Positions 29,351 through 38,964 of a DNA stretch of 64,000 nt are shown piece by piece. Source of the DNA: an uncultured archaeon (GTDB lineage: Archaea; Aenigmatarchaeota; Aenigmatarchaeia; QMZP01; QMZT01). How positions within the stretch are numbered: position 1 is the first letter of the stretch; every line of letters begins with the position of its first letter. The notes below the pieces were generated by a model. The model had not been told where the DNA came from. It did no database searches and saw only the letters and a program-made list of their open reading frames with translations. The translations under genes were made by a program, and so were the position numbers. The DNA lies in the NCBI GenBank assembly GCA_964441265.1, contig CAYYKJ010000003.1, positions 96,579 to 160,578 of the forward strand. Direction: 5' to 3'.

Positions 29351-32300
29351 GATCGTGCACAAAGAGAATCGGAAGTTTCTGGATAAGTATATTTTTCTTC
29401 ACAATTCTGATTTTCATGCTCTTCTTTCCGGCAAGGGGTGATTACGGGATTCTTTCGGTTTCAATGAAAAACGCCATGATATTGCCAGAGACAGTCAAGA
29501 ACTCGGACAACCTCAGGGGGTACTGTAACGCTACCGGGGACGAAGACGCAGAGATCAGGAAGTTCGAATACAAGTGGTATAACTATTCTGTTTTATGGGT
29601 CAACGGCACCGTCTTCAAAGAGGGGAGCATAAGCAGCTTCTACAGGCACACATGCGGTATACGGGCCAGCGACGGGAGGGTTTTGTGCTGGGGAAGCGGT
29701 GACTATGGACAGCTAGGTGACGGAGACATAGACAACCACGAAACAGGATATCCGAACGAGACTACCGACACCAGCGCTTATATTAGCGTAAGCGCGGGGG
29801 AATACCATACCTGCGGCATAAGGGCGAACGATTCGAGGGTGCTGTGCTGGGGACGGGGAACTTACGGCAGGCTGGGCGACGGGGAAACGGGCAACCATGA
29901 GGAGGGCAATCCCATCCCTACGACTGACACGAATGATTACCTTATCGTATCTGCTGGCGGATACCATACCTGCGGCATAAGGGCGAACGATTCGAGGGTG
30001 CTGTGCTGGGGGGACGGGGGTCGCGGCCAACTCGGCGACAGCGACGCGGGACTCCACACCGTCGGGGACCCGAACGAGACAATCGACACGAGCGCTTATA
30101 TTACTGTGAGCACAGGCAAGCAGCATACATGCGGCGTCAGAGCCAGCGACGGGAGGGTTTTGTGCTGGGGAAGCGGTGACTATGGACAGCTAGGTGACGG
30201 AGACATAGACAACCACGAAACAGGATATCCGAACGAGACTACCGACACCAGCGCTTATATTAGCGTAAGCGCGGGGGAATACCATACCTGCGGCATAAGG
30301 GCGAACGATTCGAGGGTGCTGTGCTGGGGGGACGGCAACTACGGACGGCTAGGTGACGGGAAAACGAACAGCCATGAAGAAGGCAATCCCATCCTGACCA
30401 CTGATTCGAGCGCGTATTCAAGCGTGATTACAAGGGAATACCATACCTGCGGCATAAGGGCGAACGATTCGAGGGTGCTGTGCTGGGGGCGCGGCTACGA
30501 GGGACAGCTCGGCGACGGGGACACGGATTCCCATCAGGAGTCAGACCCGAAACTGACAACAGACACTGACGCTTACATAGGGCTGTCAGGCGGGGAATAC
30601 CATACCTGCGGCATAAGGGCGAACGATTCGAGGGTGCTGTGCTGGGGACAGGGGAATTATGGACAGCTAGGTGACGGGAACACCAGCGACCACGAGGTGG
30701 GTGATCCGAACGTGACGACTGACACGAGTGAATACAGTTCATTCTGGCCGAACAAACAGAGAAGCTTCATAGATATGATCGACAACTCATACACCACACC
30801 GGGAGAGTCCTGGATTTTAGGATGCAGGGGATACAATGGGACCGAATGGTCATCGTGGATGAACAGCAGCAGCAAAATCATAACCGATTTGCCTGCAGTA
30901 AGATTGCCTTTATATTCAAACGCTACGCAGGAAAGGTCATCGGATTCACTAACACTAAACGTTTCAGTTACTGGATACGGGGCAACGCCCGAAACCTGTA
31001 CGGTATACGTGGAAGGACAGACATCCAACCAGACCATACCCTATTTCAGCGGGTGGTGCAATGGGTCGGTCTCGCTATCAGGATCGAGCGAGAGAAATTC
31101 CACAATATATGCCTACGCCAATGATTCTGCCGGCCAGTATGGCCTGAATGACTCTTATGTTGTCTGGATCGATGACACCGGCCCGGACGCTTCTTTCGGA
31201 ACGAATCCGGGGGATGGAAATTTTTCTAAAACGGGGAACGTTGAATTTGAAATAAAATGTTCGGATGGCGTCGGTGCTGATACTCTCCAGCTCTGGGGAA
31301 ACTGGTCGGGGGGATGGAAAGCCAACCGGACCAATTCCACGCCAGCGAATGATTCCTGGTGGAACGTGACCGTGAACGGGATTGCGGAAGGGACCTGGAA
31401 ATGGGGAGCATATTGCAACGATTCCGTGGGTAACGGAGACTGGTCAGGGTCCAACAGGACCCTGAATGTGGATATCACGAACCCCCAGGTGGGGACAAAA
31501 AATATCAATGAATCAGGTATAGTTCAAGTAGGAACATCTGTCTGCCTGAATGTTTCCGGGGTGTCGGACGCGAACCTGGATAGTGTGTGGGCTTCCGTAA
31601 CCCTATCGAATGGGAGTGACTCTAATCTGACCATGTCCGATACCGGATCATGTGCGGGACCTGAAGATGACGGATGGTATTCCGTCAATGTCGTGGTGGG
31701 TGATTCCGGAGGGGTTTTATATTACAACGTTATTTATGCCAATGACTCTTCCGGAAGGGTTTCCTCCAACGCGACTGCAATAACCATAAACGCAGGGAAC
31801 ACATACCACCAGCCGGAAGACACAGAAACCTCCCAATACGATGCATGGGGCTCCTCGAGCGGGAATCTCACGGACGGGAATCTCAGCCATGAAGACGAAA
31901 ACATAACCTACAACCATTCCACATGGGGCAGGAGGCTCATGGTAGAGGCATTGTTCTCCCAGGGAGAGGTCAACATGAGCTTACTGAAGATAGATGCAGC
32001 TTCCGGCAAGACCGCAGTCAACCTGAGCGGGGTGACCGGGACCGGATCAACCCATACCATATTCGTGCCCAACAACCTCGATTCAGGGGTCTACATATGC
32101 CCCGATGCCGAGAATCTGAGCCATGTCAACCAGTCATGTCCTAATATTGAGAGGTTCTCCTATTCAGAGGCCTCAGCAGGGACGACCAAGAACGGGATAA
32201 CGGTGGATATCGACGGGAGCGATTACACTATAAGCGGCCTGAGCGGGAGCGGGGCCGGAGAGAATTCTTACCTGGAGGTTGAAATAATCTCCCCGATCGA

Positions 32301-33051
32301 GGACCTGAACGTCGCGCAGAACACGACCTTCACGGTTAACGCGACTGTTTACTGCAGGAACGGTACCTGTGGAAACGTCAGCGGAACCGTGAGGTACAAC
32401 GGATCATCCGCCAACCCGGACACCAGCATAAGCACCACTCCGGGTGACAAGCCCTTCTACATAACATCCGGCAACAACCCCCAGAACTGCTCCGGTAATC
32501 CCCTCGACGAGGACGAATACTGCAACCTCACCTGGGCGGTGAACGTGACAGGGGACGCGGGAAAGGGCCACAAGATAGGGGTGCTTTTCGACTCGAACAT
32601 AACCTCTATAGGGACCAACCACACAGGTAACAACACCGTAACCATCGTGTCATGCATACTGGACATAACTCTCCAATGGAGCTCTGTCTCATTCGGCACG
32701 CTGACCCCCGGGGACAGGGGGAATGCATCAGGAAACGAAAATGATGAATACAACGTCACCGTGGAGCCCGTGACCACCTGCAACGTGGACCTTTACATAA
32801 ACGGCTCCGACCTGGAAAACCAGAGTCTCGGATACGAGATAGGGGTCGGTAACATCTCATGGAGCAATTCTTCCAACGATTACGGGAGTTCGCACGGCCT
32901 GGGGAAATCCTGGGACGTGCTCTGGGAAGGTGTCGCCCCTTCCACCAACAAGACTAGCTGGTACTGGATAGACATACCCACCGGCATAGCCTCCGGGATT
33001 TACACCGGAAGCATAGAGATAAAGGGTGTTGAGGGAGGGGAAAGTCCATGA
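29338..33051 (+). CDS. Large secreted protein with 7 RCC1-like repeats, Ig-like domains and a C-terminal pilin/WxL-like domain
   Basis: HTCGIRA.D.RVLCWG.G.YG(Q/R)LGDG seven times; N-terminal hydrophobic segment; no C-terminal TM. Confidence 0.85.
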   Translation: MAEMRSCTKRIGSFWISIFFFTILIFMLFFPARGDYGILSVSMKNAMILPETVKNSDNLRGYCNATGDEDAEIRKFEYKWYNYSVLWVNGTVFKEGSISSFYRHTCGIRASDGRVLCWGSGDYGQLGDGDIDNHETGYPNETTDTSAYISVSAGEYHTCGIRANDSRVLCWGRGTYGRLGDGETGNHEEGNPIPTTDTNDYLIVSAGGYHTCGIRANDSRVLCWGDGGRGQLGDSDAGLHTVGDPNETIDTSAYITVSTGKQHTCGVRASDGRVLCWGSGDYGQLGDGDIDNHETGYPNETTDTSAYISVSAGEYHTCGIRANDSRVLCWGDGNYGRLGDGKTNSHEEGNPILTTDSSAYSSVITREYHTCGIRANDSRVLCWGRGYEGQLGDGDTDSHQESDPKLTTDTDAYIGLSGGEYHTCGIRANDSRVLCWGQGNYGQLGDGNTSDHEVGDPNVTTDTSEYSSFWPNKQRSFIDMIDNSYTTPGESWILGCRGYNGTEWSSWMNSSSKIITDLPAVRLPLYSNATQERSSDSLTLNVSVTGYGATPETCTVYVEGQTSNQTIPYFSGWCNGSVSLSGSSERNSTIYAYANDSAGQYGLNDSYVVWIDDTGPDASFGTNPGDGNFSKTGNVEFEIKCSDGVGADTLQLWGNWSGGWKANRTNSTPANDSWWNVTVNGIAEGTWKWGAYCNDSVGNGDWSGSNRTLNVDITNPQVGTKNINESGIVQVGTSVCLNVSGVSDANLDSVWASVTLSNGSDSNLTMSDTGSCAGPEDDGWYSVNVVVGDSGGVLYYNVIYANDSSGRVSSNATAITINAGNTYHQPEDTETSQYDAWGSSSGNLTDGNLSHEDENITYNHSTWGRRLMVEALFSQGEVNMSLLKIDAASGKTAVNLSGVTGTGSTHTIFVPNNLDSGVYICPDAENLSHVNQSCPNIERFSYSEASAGTTKNGITVDIDGSDYTISGLSGSGAGENSYLEVEIISPIEDLNVAQNTTFTVNATVYCRNGTCGNVSGTVRYNGSSANPDTSISTTPGDKPFYITSGNNPQNCSGNPLDEDEYCNLTWAVNVTGDAGKGHKIGVLFDSNITSIGTNHTGNNTVTIVSCILDITLQWSSVSFGTLTPGDRGNASGNENDEYNVTVEPVTTCNVDLYINGSDLENQSLGYEIGVGNISWSNSSNDYGSSHGLGKSWDVLWEGVAPSTNKTSWYWIDIPTGIASGIYTGSIEIKGVEGGESP
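29640..30735 (+). repeat. 159-bp (53-aa) coding tandem repeat, RCC1 blades
   Basis: Period 159 bp; 29665-29852 identical to 30142-30329. Confidence 0.9.
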
Positions 33052-33845
33052 GGACAGGAACGGGGAACGGAACGGGCATGTTAGCTCTGTCATTTTTAAT
33101 CATATTATTCATTGTTATTATGGCGGTCCCGGCGGGGGCAGGGATACCCATGGGATCGGTCACCGCCAGGGATCACGCCGCCGCAGAATGCGGGGGTTCT
33201 GCGGGATTCAAGATACTGTTCTTCAACATACACGAAAAATCCGCAATCAGGGTGGAGATGGGCACGGGAGACAATCCCGAAGGATGGGAAGTTTCTGCGG
33301 ATCCGGAAAGCATGGTTTTGCCTTACACGGAACCTGGCGAACATGACCCGGAGGAAGGATATGAGTACCTTAACATGCCGGGGGCCGGCGGGATCATAAA
33401 GGTAAAGCAGGTCACCATAAATGTTGACATACCTGATCCGGAGAAGCCCGGTACATATGAGATAACCGCAACGGCCAGAACGGCCAGCGGGGAGGGATCA
33501 ATCTCGATGGCTCAGAGCAGGAGCTTCGATTTCACCGTTGAGGTCACATGTGAGCCCCCGGAAACTTCAGATCATGGTGAAAGCAGAGACATCTCCTCAG
33601 GAGGGAATCCCGTGCCGACAGGAAATGGTAATGCAAATAAGTCTGCAGGTGACAAAATAATAAACGGGACAGGAAAAACCGAAGGGAACGCCTGGGAAGA
33701 AACAGAGGACAAGAAAACAGGAGGAACTGAAAACAGATCGTCGGGAAGGACGACGGGAATGATAATATCGCAGGGTTCCCTTGCGGCGCTCCTTGTATGG
33801 GCTGCAGTAATAGTAATTATAATAAAAATCAGGAGGGGAAAATGA
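33048..33845 (+). CDS. Surface protein: signal peptide, one Ig-like domain, linker, C-terminal TM
   Basis: ATGA overlap with upstream gene; PGTYEITATA; TM + KIRRGK. Confidence 0.75.
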   Translation: MRTGTGNGTGMLALSFLIILFIVIMAVPAGAGIPMGSVTARDHAAAECGGSAGFKILFFNIHEKSAIRVEMGTGDNPEGWEVSADPESMVLPYTEPGEHDPEEGYEYLNMPGAGGIIKVKQVTINVDIPDPEKPGTYEITATARTASGEGSISMAQSRSFDFTVEVTCEPPETSDHGESRDISSGGNPVPTGNGNANKSAGDKIINGTGKTEGNAWEETEDKKTGGTENRSSGRTTGMIISQGSLAALLVWAAVIVIIIKIRRGK

Positions 33846-35227
33846 AGGGGGATCTCCCGGTGAACAGGAGGTTGGCGGTATTCTGCGCAGTCATGATATC
33901 CCTGTTTGTTGTGCTTTCGCCCGGGTTTACGGGATGGCTGACGACAACGGACGTGATTCACATAGGTTTCTCGGTAGGGAATAAGACGATGTTATGTCTG
34001 AACATGCTCGAGATACCGGACACCGTGATAGAATACCAGTCCTCCTCCTTCAAGGTGTTTGTTGAGAACTGCGGGAACGTGCCCGCCTCAGGCAAGGTAC
34101 ACTTCTATGTGATGGACCTTAACAATAATACCGCAGTCCATTTCGAGAGTGAGATACCCGAACTAAATATAACGGAATCAGCCGAAGTGGAAAGATCGTG
34201 GACCGCGAACTTCGGTACCGGAAGGTTCTGGGTCTCCGCCAGGAATGACATAAACAACAAGACCACATCAGAGATAAACTCCTCGGATACCTTCGAGATA
34301 ATTTCATCGACCTGCGTTCCGGGCGAACTGAGATGCTTCGGCCGCCTGCTCAAGAGATGCTCCATGTACGGGACGGGCTGGGACACCGTAATGACCTGTA
34401 ATTACGGATGCGCCAACGGACAGTGCATACCGGGAGGAGGCGCCCCCGCGGGTCCCCCACCCCCCAGCGAGCCGGTCCCGGACTTCTCCGTGGAATACTC
34501 CGGCAATATAACACTCAACCCGGACATGAGCTATGCCCTCGTCTTCAGGGTGGTGAATACGGGTGGGGTGGATTTAAAGGATATGTCCCTGCAACTTTCT
34601 TCGGAGGACATCAAAACGGAGATCACCTCCCAGACCGTTTCCCTCCTTCCGACCGGAGATTCCGCGATTCTCATGGGGGAGATATATGTGCCCGAAAATA
34701 CCGGGGAGGGAGAATACTCGGTCGCATGGAAAATGAAGACGGAGAGAATGGAAAAATCGGGAACCATACCGGTGAACGTGACCGTGTCCTCCATGAAATA
34801 CAAATCGGCGCAGCTGATCTCCTATTACGGTTATCTGATAGAATACATAGACGAGGACATAGAAGAGGCGGAGAGGAACGGGAAGAACGTGACCCTGCCG
34901 AGGAAACACAGCGAAGAGGCCAGATACGAGTTGGGGATAGCCAAGGAGATGCACAAGCTCGGACTCTACGAGGAAGCGGTGAACCAGCTGGAAGTTGTGA
35001 GGAGGAGGATCGGGGATATGATAACTTCGCTGATAAGGGCCAAGTTCCGGGCGGAGCCAGAGAAGCCCCCCGAACCGGTCCCCATAAAAATCGAGATAAA
35101 TCTCCTTCTCCTTATGGCAGTGATTATAATCATAGGAGTCATAATTCTGGTATTTTACAGGAGATACAAAAAAAGAAGATTGCTGATGTCTCCCGGAAGA
35201 TGGGAACCTTCGAAAATAAGGATATAA
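33842..35227 (+). CDS. Surface protein with CARDB/NEW3-like Ig domains, Cys knot, helical stalk and C-terminal TM
   Basis: ENCGNV and VNTGG motifs, C-rich segment, TM + RRYKKRR; ATG 33842 overlaps upstream stop. Confidence 0.75.
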   Translation: MKGDLPVNRRLAVFCAVMISLFVVLSPGFTGWLTTTDVIHIGFSVGNKTMLCLNMLEIPDTVIEYQSSSFKVFVENCGNVPASGKVHFYVMDLNNNTAVHFESEIPELNITESAEVERSWTANFGTGRFWVSARNDINNKTTSEINSSDTFEIISSTCVPGELRCFGRLLKRCSMYGTGWDTVMTCNYGCANGQCIPGGGAPAGPPPPSEPVPDFSVEYSGNITLNPDMSYALVFRVVNTGGVDLKDMSLQLSSEDIKTEITSQTVSLLPTGDSAILMGEIYVPENTGEGEYSVAWKMKTERMEKSGTIPVNVTVSSMKYKSAQLISYYGYLIEYIDEDIEEAERNGKNVTLPRKHSEEARYELGIAKEMHKLGLYEEAVNQLEVVRRRIGDMITSLIRAKFRAEPEKPPEPVPIKIEINLLLLMAVIIIIGVIILVFYRRYKKRRLLMSPGRWEPSKIRI

Positions 35228-35229
35228 GA

Positions 35230-37713
35230 CTATTCCAAGATCACCGGCCCTGAATTGCCGTATTCATCCAGTTTCTCTTCCAAGTCGGTTATCTTCTTTT
35301 TCACCGGCCCCAGTCCGGATTCGTCGCCTCTGATGTCTTCGAGCTTTTCCCTTATACTTTCTATGTCGGAATCCGGAACTGATTTACCCTTCCGGGACTT
35401 TCCGGGAATCTCGGAGGGGGATTCCTCCTCGAGAAGACTTTTCATATTTTCGATCCTTTCCTTCATGTCCTTTCCGGATTTCATCATCTTCTCATCCATG
35501 AGGTTGTCCAGCTCCATCTTCTCGGTTTTTATCTCCTTGGCCACCCTCTCCAGATCCCTGTTGAGTATCTCGAACCTCTTCTGGTAATCCCTCACCAGCT
35601 CGTTAACGAACCCCTTGACCTTCTCCTTGAATTCGGATATGTCCCTTGCTTTTTCCTTCACCAGAGATTCGGATCTCTCCCTGTCCCTCTTTATCTGCTC
35701 AGAGAGCTTGTTGGAAATCTCCGAAAACTTATCGTTTATGCTGCTCCTTAGCCTTTCCTGGCTGGTTTCCATTTCTTTCATTCTCCTCTCAAACTCACTC
35801 AATTCTGAAACGGAATCCTTGACTCCACCAAGCACGGACCTTCTCTCCCTCCTCACCATTTCCAGTTTCTCATCGATATCATTCTCTATCTCACTTCTCA
35901 TCCTGAACATCTCGTCCCTGCTCTCGTTGACCTTGTTTTCCATCTCCGAGACCGTTTTTCTTAGCTCCTCCGCTATTTCTTCGCTGTCTTTGCCGTGTTT
36001 TTCCTTCCACTTCAGCTCCTCCAGCTCTTCGGAGAGCGCAGAAAAGGAATTCTCCAGGTTCTTCAGCTTTACCTGGATGTCGCTGATCAGGTGCTTGTCG
36101 GTACCCGGACCCTTCAGCTCGACCTTGGAGACCCGGTCCTCCAGCATTTTCATGTCCGTAAGGAGGGTCTTGACCTCCCTCCAAGCCTTCTTACCGGTCT
36201 CGTCATCCTCGCCGAGCCGGGAACCCATGCTCTCCACCCTGGAATCAAGATCCGAAAGCGCATCCTTGATGCTTTTGATTTCCCTGTCCTCCGATTTGAA
36301 TTCCTCCAGGTTTTTTGCGAACTGATCGGTCCTGTTTTCCACCGAATCTATCCTCTTGTCTATCCTCGTCTCGGTGTTCCTTATCTTGGTAATCATCTTG
36401 TCCGTCATCTTCATCATGTCTTCCTTGTTCTTCTTGGTCTTGACCGTGTCGACTCCCTCCCTGACCTTTAAATCCTCTATCTCCTTTTCCAGGGAACCCA
36501 GTGAGTTTCCTATGTCGCTGATCTTCTCGATGCCCCCGACCCCCTTGATTTGCTCCTCCATCTGATAGACCTTCTCGTCGACCCTGCTTCCTATTTTATT
36601 CATGAGTTCATCGATTTTGTTCTTCTTCAGCCACTCCTCATTTTCCTTCCTCATCTCGTCGATGCGAAAGAGGAGGTCCTTGAGTTCCTTCTTCGTCTTG
36701 GCGATTCCGGAGGATTTCTTAATCTTCCTTATCTCCCGGTCCAGCTTATCGATCTCTCTCTGTATCTTGGGGGAGGGCTTCTTTGAATCCCTGACAGAAT
36801 TTTCCAGCTTCGCTATGTGATCGAATATCCTGGACTTGGAATCCTTTACAGCGGAAATGTCTTTGACGAGTTCCCTTACGGAAGTCTCCAGTTTTTTGAT
36901 TCTCTCTCCGTAATCCCCGCCGGCCTTCCGCATCCTTTCGTCTATCTCTTTCTTCAGGCCGGAAAGCTTTTCCGTGGAGGATTTCATCTCACCCATTCTC
37001 TTCTCTGTCTCGCTTCTTATGTCGGAAACGCTCTCCTCCAGGTCAGATTTGAGCTTTTCGTAATCCTCATCCGCCGGCTTTCCCTTGGATTGCATGTCCT
37101 TCATGCGCTTCATATCCTTCTCCATGGACTCGAGCTTTTTTTTGCTGATGATGTGCTTTTCCGCATCCACCAGGCGGGAAGATAGTTCTTTCAGCCTGCC
37201 TTCCATCCTTTCTATCTTCTCCCCCACCTCCGCGTGAAACTTCAGGTCTTCCACGGATTCCGAATCTGACTTCTCGGATTCCTCCAAAGAACTATCCAGC
37301 TTGGCTATATGATCGAATATTTTACTCTTCGCAGATTTCAGATCCTTTATCTCCTTCTGCAGACTCTTGAGCGATTCGCTCATTTTCTCTGTCTTCTCTG
37401 CTTTCCAGCTGTCTTTTTTCTCTTCCTCTTTCCTAATGGATTCAACCGACTTTTCCAGTTCGGAAATCTTCTTCTGTCTCTCCTCCAGTTCCTGTCTATT
37501 GTCCTTTTCTCCCATCAGAGATCCATGCATCTTCTCTATTTCGTTGCCGAGGTCGTCTATCCTGCCGGAGATGTCAGACTTGAACTTCTCAAAATTCTCA
37601 TCGTCCCCGGAACCGACCTTGTCCTCGACAGCCGAAATCCTCTTGTCAGTTTCCTCACGGAGATTCTTGATCTCTTTGGTGAGTTCCTTAAGAACCTGAG
37701 CTATCGGTTTCAT
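35230..37713 (-). CDS. Long coiled-coil protein (~828 aa) ending in GPVILE
   Basis: E/K-rich heptads, no ATPase motifs; internal repeat KS(K/R)IFDHIAKL. Confidence 0.8.
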   Translation of the reverse strand: MKPIAQVLKELTKEIKNLREETDKRISAVEDKVGSGDDENFEKFKSDISGRIDDLGNEIEKMHGSLMGEKDNRQELEERQKKISELEKSVESIRKEEEKKDSWKAEKTEKMSESLKSLQKEIKDLKSAKSKIFDHIAKLDSSLEESEKSDSESVEDLKFHAEVGEKIERMEGRLKELSSRLVDAEKHIISKKKLESMEKDMKRMKDMQSKGKPADEDYEKLKSDLEESVSDIRSETEKRMGEMKSSTEKLSGLKKEIDERMRKAGGDYGERIKKLETSVRELVKDISAVKDSKSRIFDHIAKLENSVRDSKKPSPKIQREIDKLDREIRKIKKSSGIAKTKKELKDLLFRIDEMRKENEEWLKKNKIDELMNKIGSRVDEKVYQMEEQIKGVGGIEKISDIGNSLGSLEKEIEDLKVREGVDTVKTKKNKEDMMKMTDKMITKIRNTETRIDKRIDSVENRTDQFAKNLEEFKSEDREIKSIKDALSDLDSRVESMGSRLGEDDETGKKAWREVKTLLTDMKMLEDRVSKVELKGPGTDKHLISDIQVKLKNLENSFSALSEELEELKWKEKHGKDSEEIAEELRKTVSEMENKVNESRDEMFRMRSEIENDIDEKLEMVRRERRSVLGGVKDSVSELSEFERRMKEMETSQERLRSSINDKFSEISNKLSEQIKRDRERSESLVKEKARDISEFKEKVKGFVNELVRDYQKRFEILNRDLERVAKEIKTEKMELDNLMDEKMMKSGKDMKERIENMKSLLEEESPSEIPGKSRKGKSVPDSDIESIREKLEDIRGDESGLGPVKKKITDLEEKLDEYGNSGPVILE

Positions 37714-38431
37714 CAAAATAACCTATCCTGTTGTTTAGATCCTTCACACTCTTTTCGAGCTTTTCCACATCCTTCTTCATGGACCTCTTGAAATGCTCGA
37801 TATCCGTGAAGGCTTCCTTGAGCAGTCCCTCGGTCTCATGGAGATAGTCCATCCCGGAACCGGAAGATATCTTCTCTAGCTCCTCCAGATCCCTCTCCGC
37901 CTTTTGCCTTACCTCCGTGATCCTTTCTATCTCCCTGTCAAACCTGTCCTTCCTGTCTTTGTTCCACTCCTCTGCACCTTCCCTGAATTCCTCCAGGTCT
38001 TTCACCCTGCCGGTGATATCCTCGATGTCCCTGGCCCGATCTTCGGATCTTTTGTCTATTATTTCCTCATCCTTTCCGATCTCGTGTATCCTTTCCTTTA
38101 TCTGCTCCATTCCTTTTTTCATATCCTCCCTGAGGTTGTCCACTCTTATCGAATGGTCCTCAAGATGGGAAACCCTGGAATCGAGATTACTGACCGATTT
38201 CCTAAGTTCATTTATTCTGTCCTCTGCCTTCGATAAGAATTTTCTTACTCTTTCTTCTACCCTAGAGAACTTGTCTATGTCGAGGCCATCCCTGAATTTT
38301 TTCGTGTCTTCGGCTTCCTCGGAAAGGTATCCGACCGTACTCTCGAGGTCTTTCATCTTCTTCTCTAAAATCTTCTTATTTTCCTTGAAGGACTTTATTC
38401 CCTCCAGAATCTTAACCGCAAGCTCGTTCAT
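37688..38431 (-). CDS. Coiled-coil protein (247 aa)
   Basis: Heptad-rich; ATGA overlap with upstream gene. Confidence 0.78.
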   Translation of the reverse strand: MNELAVKILEGIKSFKENKKILEKKMKDLESTVGYLSEEAEDTKKFRDGLDIDKFSRVEERVRKFLSKAEDRINELRKSVSNLDSRVSHLEDHSIRVDNLREDMKKGMEQIKERIHEIGKDEEIIDKRSEDRARDIEDITGRVKDLEEFREGAEEWNKDRKDRFDREIERITEVRQKAERDLEELEKISSGSGMDYLHETEGLLKEAFTDIEHFKRSMKKDVEKLEKSVKDLNNRIGYFDETDSSGS

Positions 38432-38964
38432 CCGCTTCTCAGCTCCTTCATTATGTCCTTGAGCACCTTCTCGGCTTCCATCTCTTTCTTTTTCTTGGCA
38501 TTCTCTATCTCAGCCCTGGTTTTCTTTTTCTTTTCGGAAATGTCCTTCCTCATTTTCTTTGTCTTCTTCTTGAGGTCTTTCTCTTTCTCCCTCTCCTTAA
38601 CCACCTTCTTTTTCGCTTCCCTCTCCTTCTTCCTTTCTTTATCGAGTCCCTTTTTCAATTTGCTTACTCTGGTTTTGAGTTTTGACCTCTCCTTCTCCTT
38701 TTCGGTGAGCATCTTCCCAATATTTTTCATCTTATTCTTTATATCGGGATATCCATCCATCTCCTTATCCAGCTTGCCTATTTTCTCCCGCAGTTCCTTG
38801 TTTTCATTCACCAAAGAGTCTATTTTTCCAGTTATATTTTTGAGATCTATGAGCATGCCATCCGTTACTTTTTCAAGCCTTTCCACCTTCTCGCCGAATT
38901 CCTTCTTCTCCTCTTTCATCCGGTTTATCCCTTCAAGTATGTTTGCCACGAGTTCCTCTTTCAT
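38428..38964 (-). CDS. Coiled-coil protein with Lys-rich segment (178 aa)
   Basis: TAATG overlap with upstream gene. Confidence 0.75.
   Translation of the reverse strand: MKEELVANILEGINRMKEEKKEFGEKVERLEKVTDGMLIDLKNITGKIDSLVNENKELREKIGKLDKEMDGYPDIKNKMKNIGKMLTEKEKERSKLKTRVSKLKKGLDKERKKEREAKKKVVKEREKEKDLKKKTKKMRKDISEKKKKTRAEIENAKKKKEMEAEKVLKDIMKELRSG

Noticed and set aside
29800-30650. Regularly spaced identical ~50-bp repeats resembling a CRISPR array
   Set aside because: The period is 159 bp, in frame within an RCC1 coding region; the spacers are homologous to each other and there are no cas genes.
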